A DNA stretch of 64,000 nucleotides from Eledone cirrhosa. Taxonomy: Eukaryota. The stretch covers positions 67,456,001-67,520,000 of the forward strand of contig OZ024745.1 in the NCBI GenBank assembly GCA_964016885.1, given 5' to 3'. Under the pieces are notes generated by a model, which did no database searches, was not told where the DNA came from, and saw only the letters and a program-made list of their open reading frames with translations. Within the stretch, counting starts at the first letter, position 1. The number at the start of each line of letters is the position of its first letter. This document shows, one piece after another, positions 1-64,000 of this stretch. The translations under genes and the position numbers were made by a program.

Positions 1-292
1 GTTATGTTGGTGCCGCGCCATCCAGGCCGAAACAAACGAGATCGTGTAGGTGTCACGACAAAAAAACACACAGTCCACGCTGTAATGTGGCCGTGTAGGC
101 AACACGGTAAAAACCTCCCAGACCCACACTGTAAATGTGGTTGGTGTTAGGAAGGGCATCCAACTGTAGAAAACCTGCCAGACAGTCCTATGCGAGCAAG
201 ACAATCACTCTTGCCTCAAGTGGGACTACCCCCGTCCAAACCCATGCAAGCGTGGAACACGGACGTTAAACGTTGATGATGATGATGATGAT
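1..292 (+). mobile_element. RTE-type LINE 3' UTR/tail ending in (GAT)n
   Basis: Near-identical to the reverse complement of 10018-10308, which follows RTE ORF-end coding sequence. Confidence 0.75.
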
Positions 293-378
293 ACTGTATA
301 TATATTTTATTTGTCATGCTGAACAGATTTTACAGGCAAAACAAACAAGCAGGGGAACCAGGGGTAGATCCCAAGCAA

Positions 379-997
379 GGTGGTGGTGGTGGTGGTGGTG
401 TGGTGGTGGTGGTGGTGGTGATGGTGGTGGTGGTAATGGTGATGGTGGTGGTGGTGGTGGTGGTTATGGTGATGGTGGTGGTGGTGGTGGTGGTGATGGT
501 GGTGGTTGTTATGGTGGTAATGGTGATGGTGGTGGTGGTGGTGGTTATGGTGGTAATGGTGATGGTGATGGCGGTGGTGGTGGTGGTGGTGGTGGTGGTG
601 GTGGTTATGGTGATGATGATGATGGTGGTGGTGGTGGTGGTTGTTATGGTGGTGATGGTGGTGGTGGTGGTGGTGGTGGTGGTTATGGTGGTGGTGATGG
701 TGGTGGTGGTGGTGGTTATGGTGGTAATGGTGATGGTGATGGCGGTGGTGGTGGTGGTGGTGGTGGTAATGGTGATGGTGATGGCGGTGGTGGTGGTGGT
801 GGTGGTGGTGGTGGTTATGGTGATGATGATGATGGTGGTGGTGGTGGTGGTTGTTATGGTGGTGATGGTGATGGTGGTGGTGGTGGTGGTGGTTATGGTG
901 GTGGTGATGGTGGTGGTGGTGGTGGTTGTTATGGTGGTGATGGTGGTGGTGGTGGTGGTGGTGGTTATGGTGGTAATGGTGATGGTGCTGGTGGTGG
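379..997. repeat. Compound (GGT)n microsatellite with GAT/TAT/AAT variants
   Basis: Direct reading; intronic. Confidence 0.95.
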
Positions 998-1105
998 GAT
1001 GTTTTTGTTATCTTTGATGTGGTTGGTAATTTAGTTTTCATATTCTTATAATCCAATTCACAATATAATTCATATAAAAATTATTCTAACATTTAATTTA
1101 CTCAC

Positions 1106-63442
<62,337 letters not shown>

Positions 63443-64000
63443 CTACAAATATCATTAGAATAAATAAGTTACATTATTACCTCAATTACAAATATATTTC
63501 AAATTATAATGTATTGTAATGGCTTAAACTTGAAATTAACCAATTGATACCAAAGTATATGATGCTGGCCTTGGTTGTATGATACAAATATGTTTGTTTT
63601 CAAATATTTATATTGATCAAAAGATCCTTCCAAACCAAAGCGAAGCGATGGGATACATAGTTATGTTATTAAATAAATCAAACTTCTTGATATCTTTTGA
63701 AATTATTTTAACAACGTCAGTGACTTTCATTAGAAACATGGTAATGGAATGGTTTACAGCAACTTTATATATTGCTATATGATAATCTTTAAAACAATAC
63801 TTTAATAAATATATTCTTCATAGTTGATATCATAAAATTGTTAATATAAATTATTTGGTAACATCATGAACTGGTATATACATAATATCAAACAATTCAT
63901 CATTACTCAAACCACAAAACATTTCTTAGTACATCCCCGCTAATCAGTGAGAGCATGGGAGATAGACATTAAACGATGATGATGATTCAAGTTCTAACAC

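Noticed and set aside
273-1056. Gly-rich, His-rich and Val-rich ORFs
   Set aside because: Translations of a (GGT)n microsatellite inside an intron, starting in a (GAT)n retroelement tail; no supported splice context. A nested Gly-rich gene cannot be fully excluded without RNA data

Overview
AT-rich, repeat-laden eukaryotic genomic DNA. The SINE/LINE families and (AT)n/(CAT)n microsatellites suggest an octopus or other cephalopod (inference). The whole window is the interior of ONE giant minus-strand gene for a secreted mucin/SCO-spondin/hemolectin-like protein; no start or stop codon lies in the window. Reading by hand, 48 GT-AG exons join in one frame. In transcription order (high to low coordinates): (1) 12 copies of a two-exon, 157-158 aa, two-cysteine domain resembling a very divergent F5/8 type C (discoidin) domain, each preceded by a Thr/Ser/Pro linker exon. 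Eleven copies sit in a near-perfect 5,777-bp tandem array (~33.2 kb to window end, >5.3 units, each an alpha/beta dimer with its introns and TEs). (2) A short S/T exon, then a 5.2-kb single PTS mucin exon. (3) Cys-rich VWC-like, TSP1, TSP1, TIL/VWC-like, TSP1, VWC-like exons. Introns hold a decayed near-full-length RTE LINE, partner tRNA-derived SINEs, a second SINE family, CR1/RTE fragments, a piggyBac-like fossil, a MITE, a 314-bp palindrome and hammerhead-ribozyme-like motifs. All family assignments come from motif recognition, not database searches.
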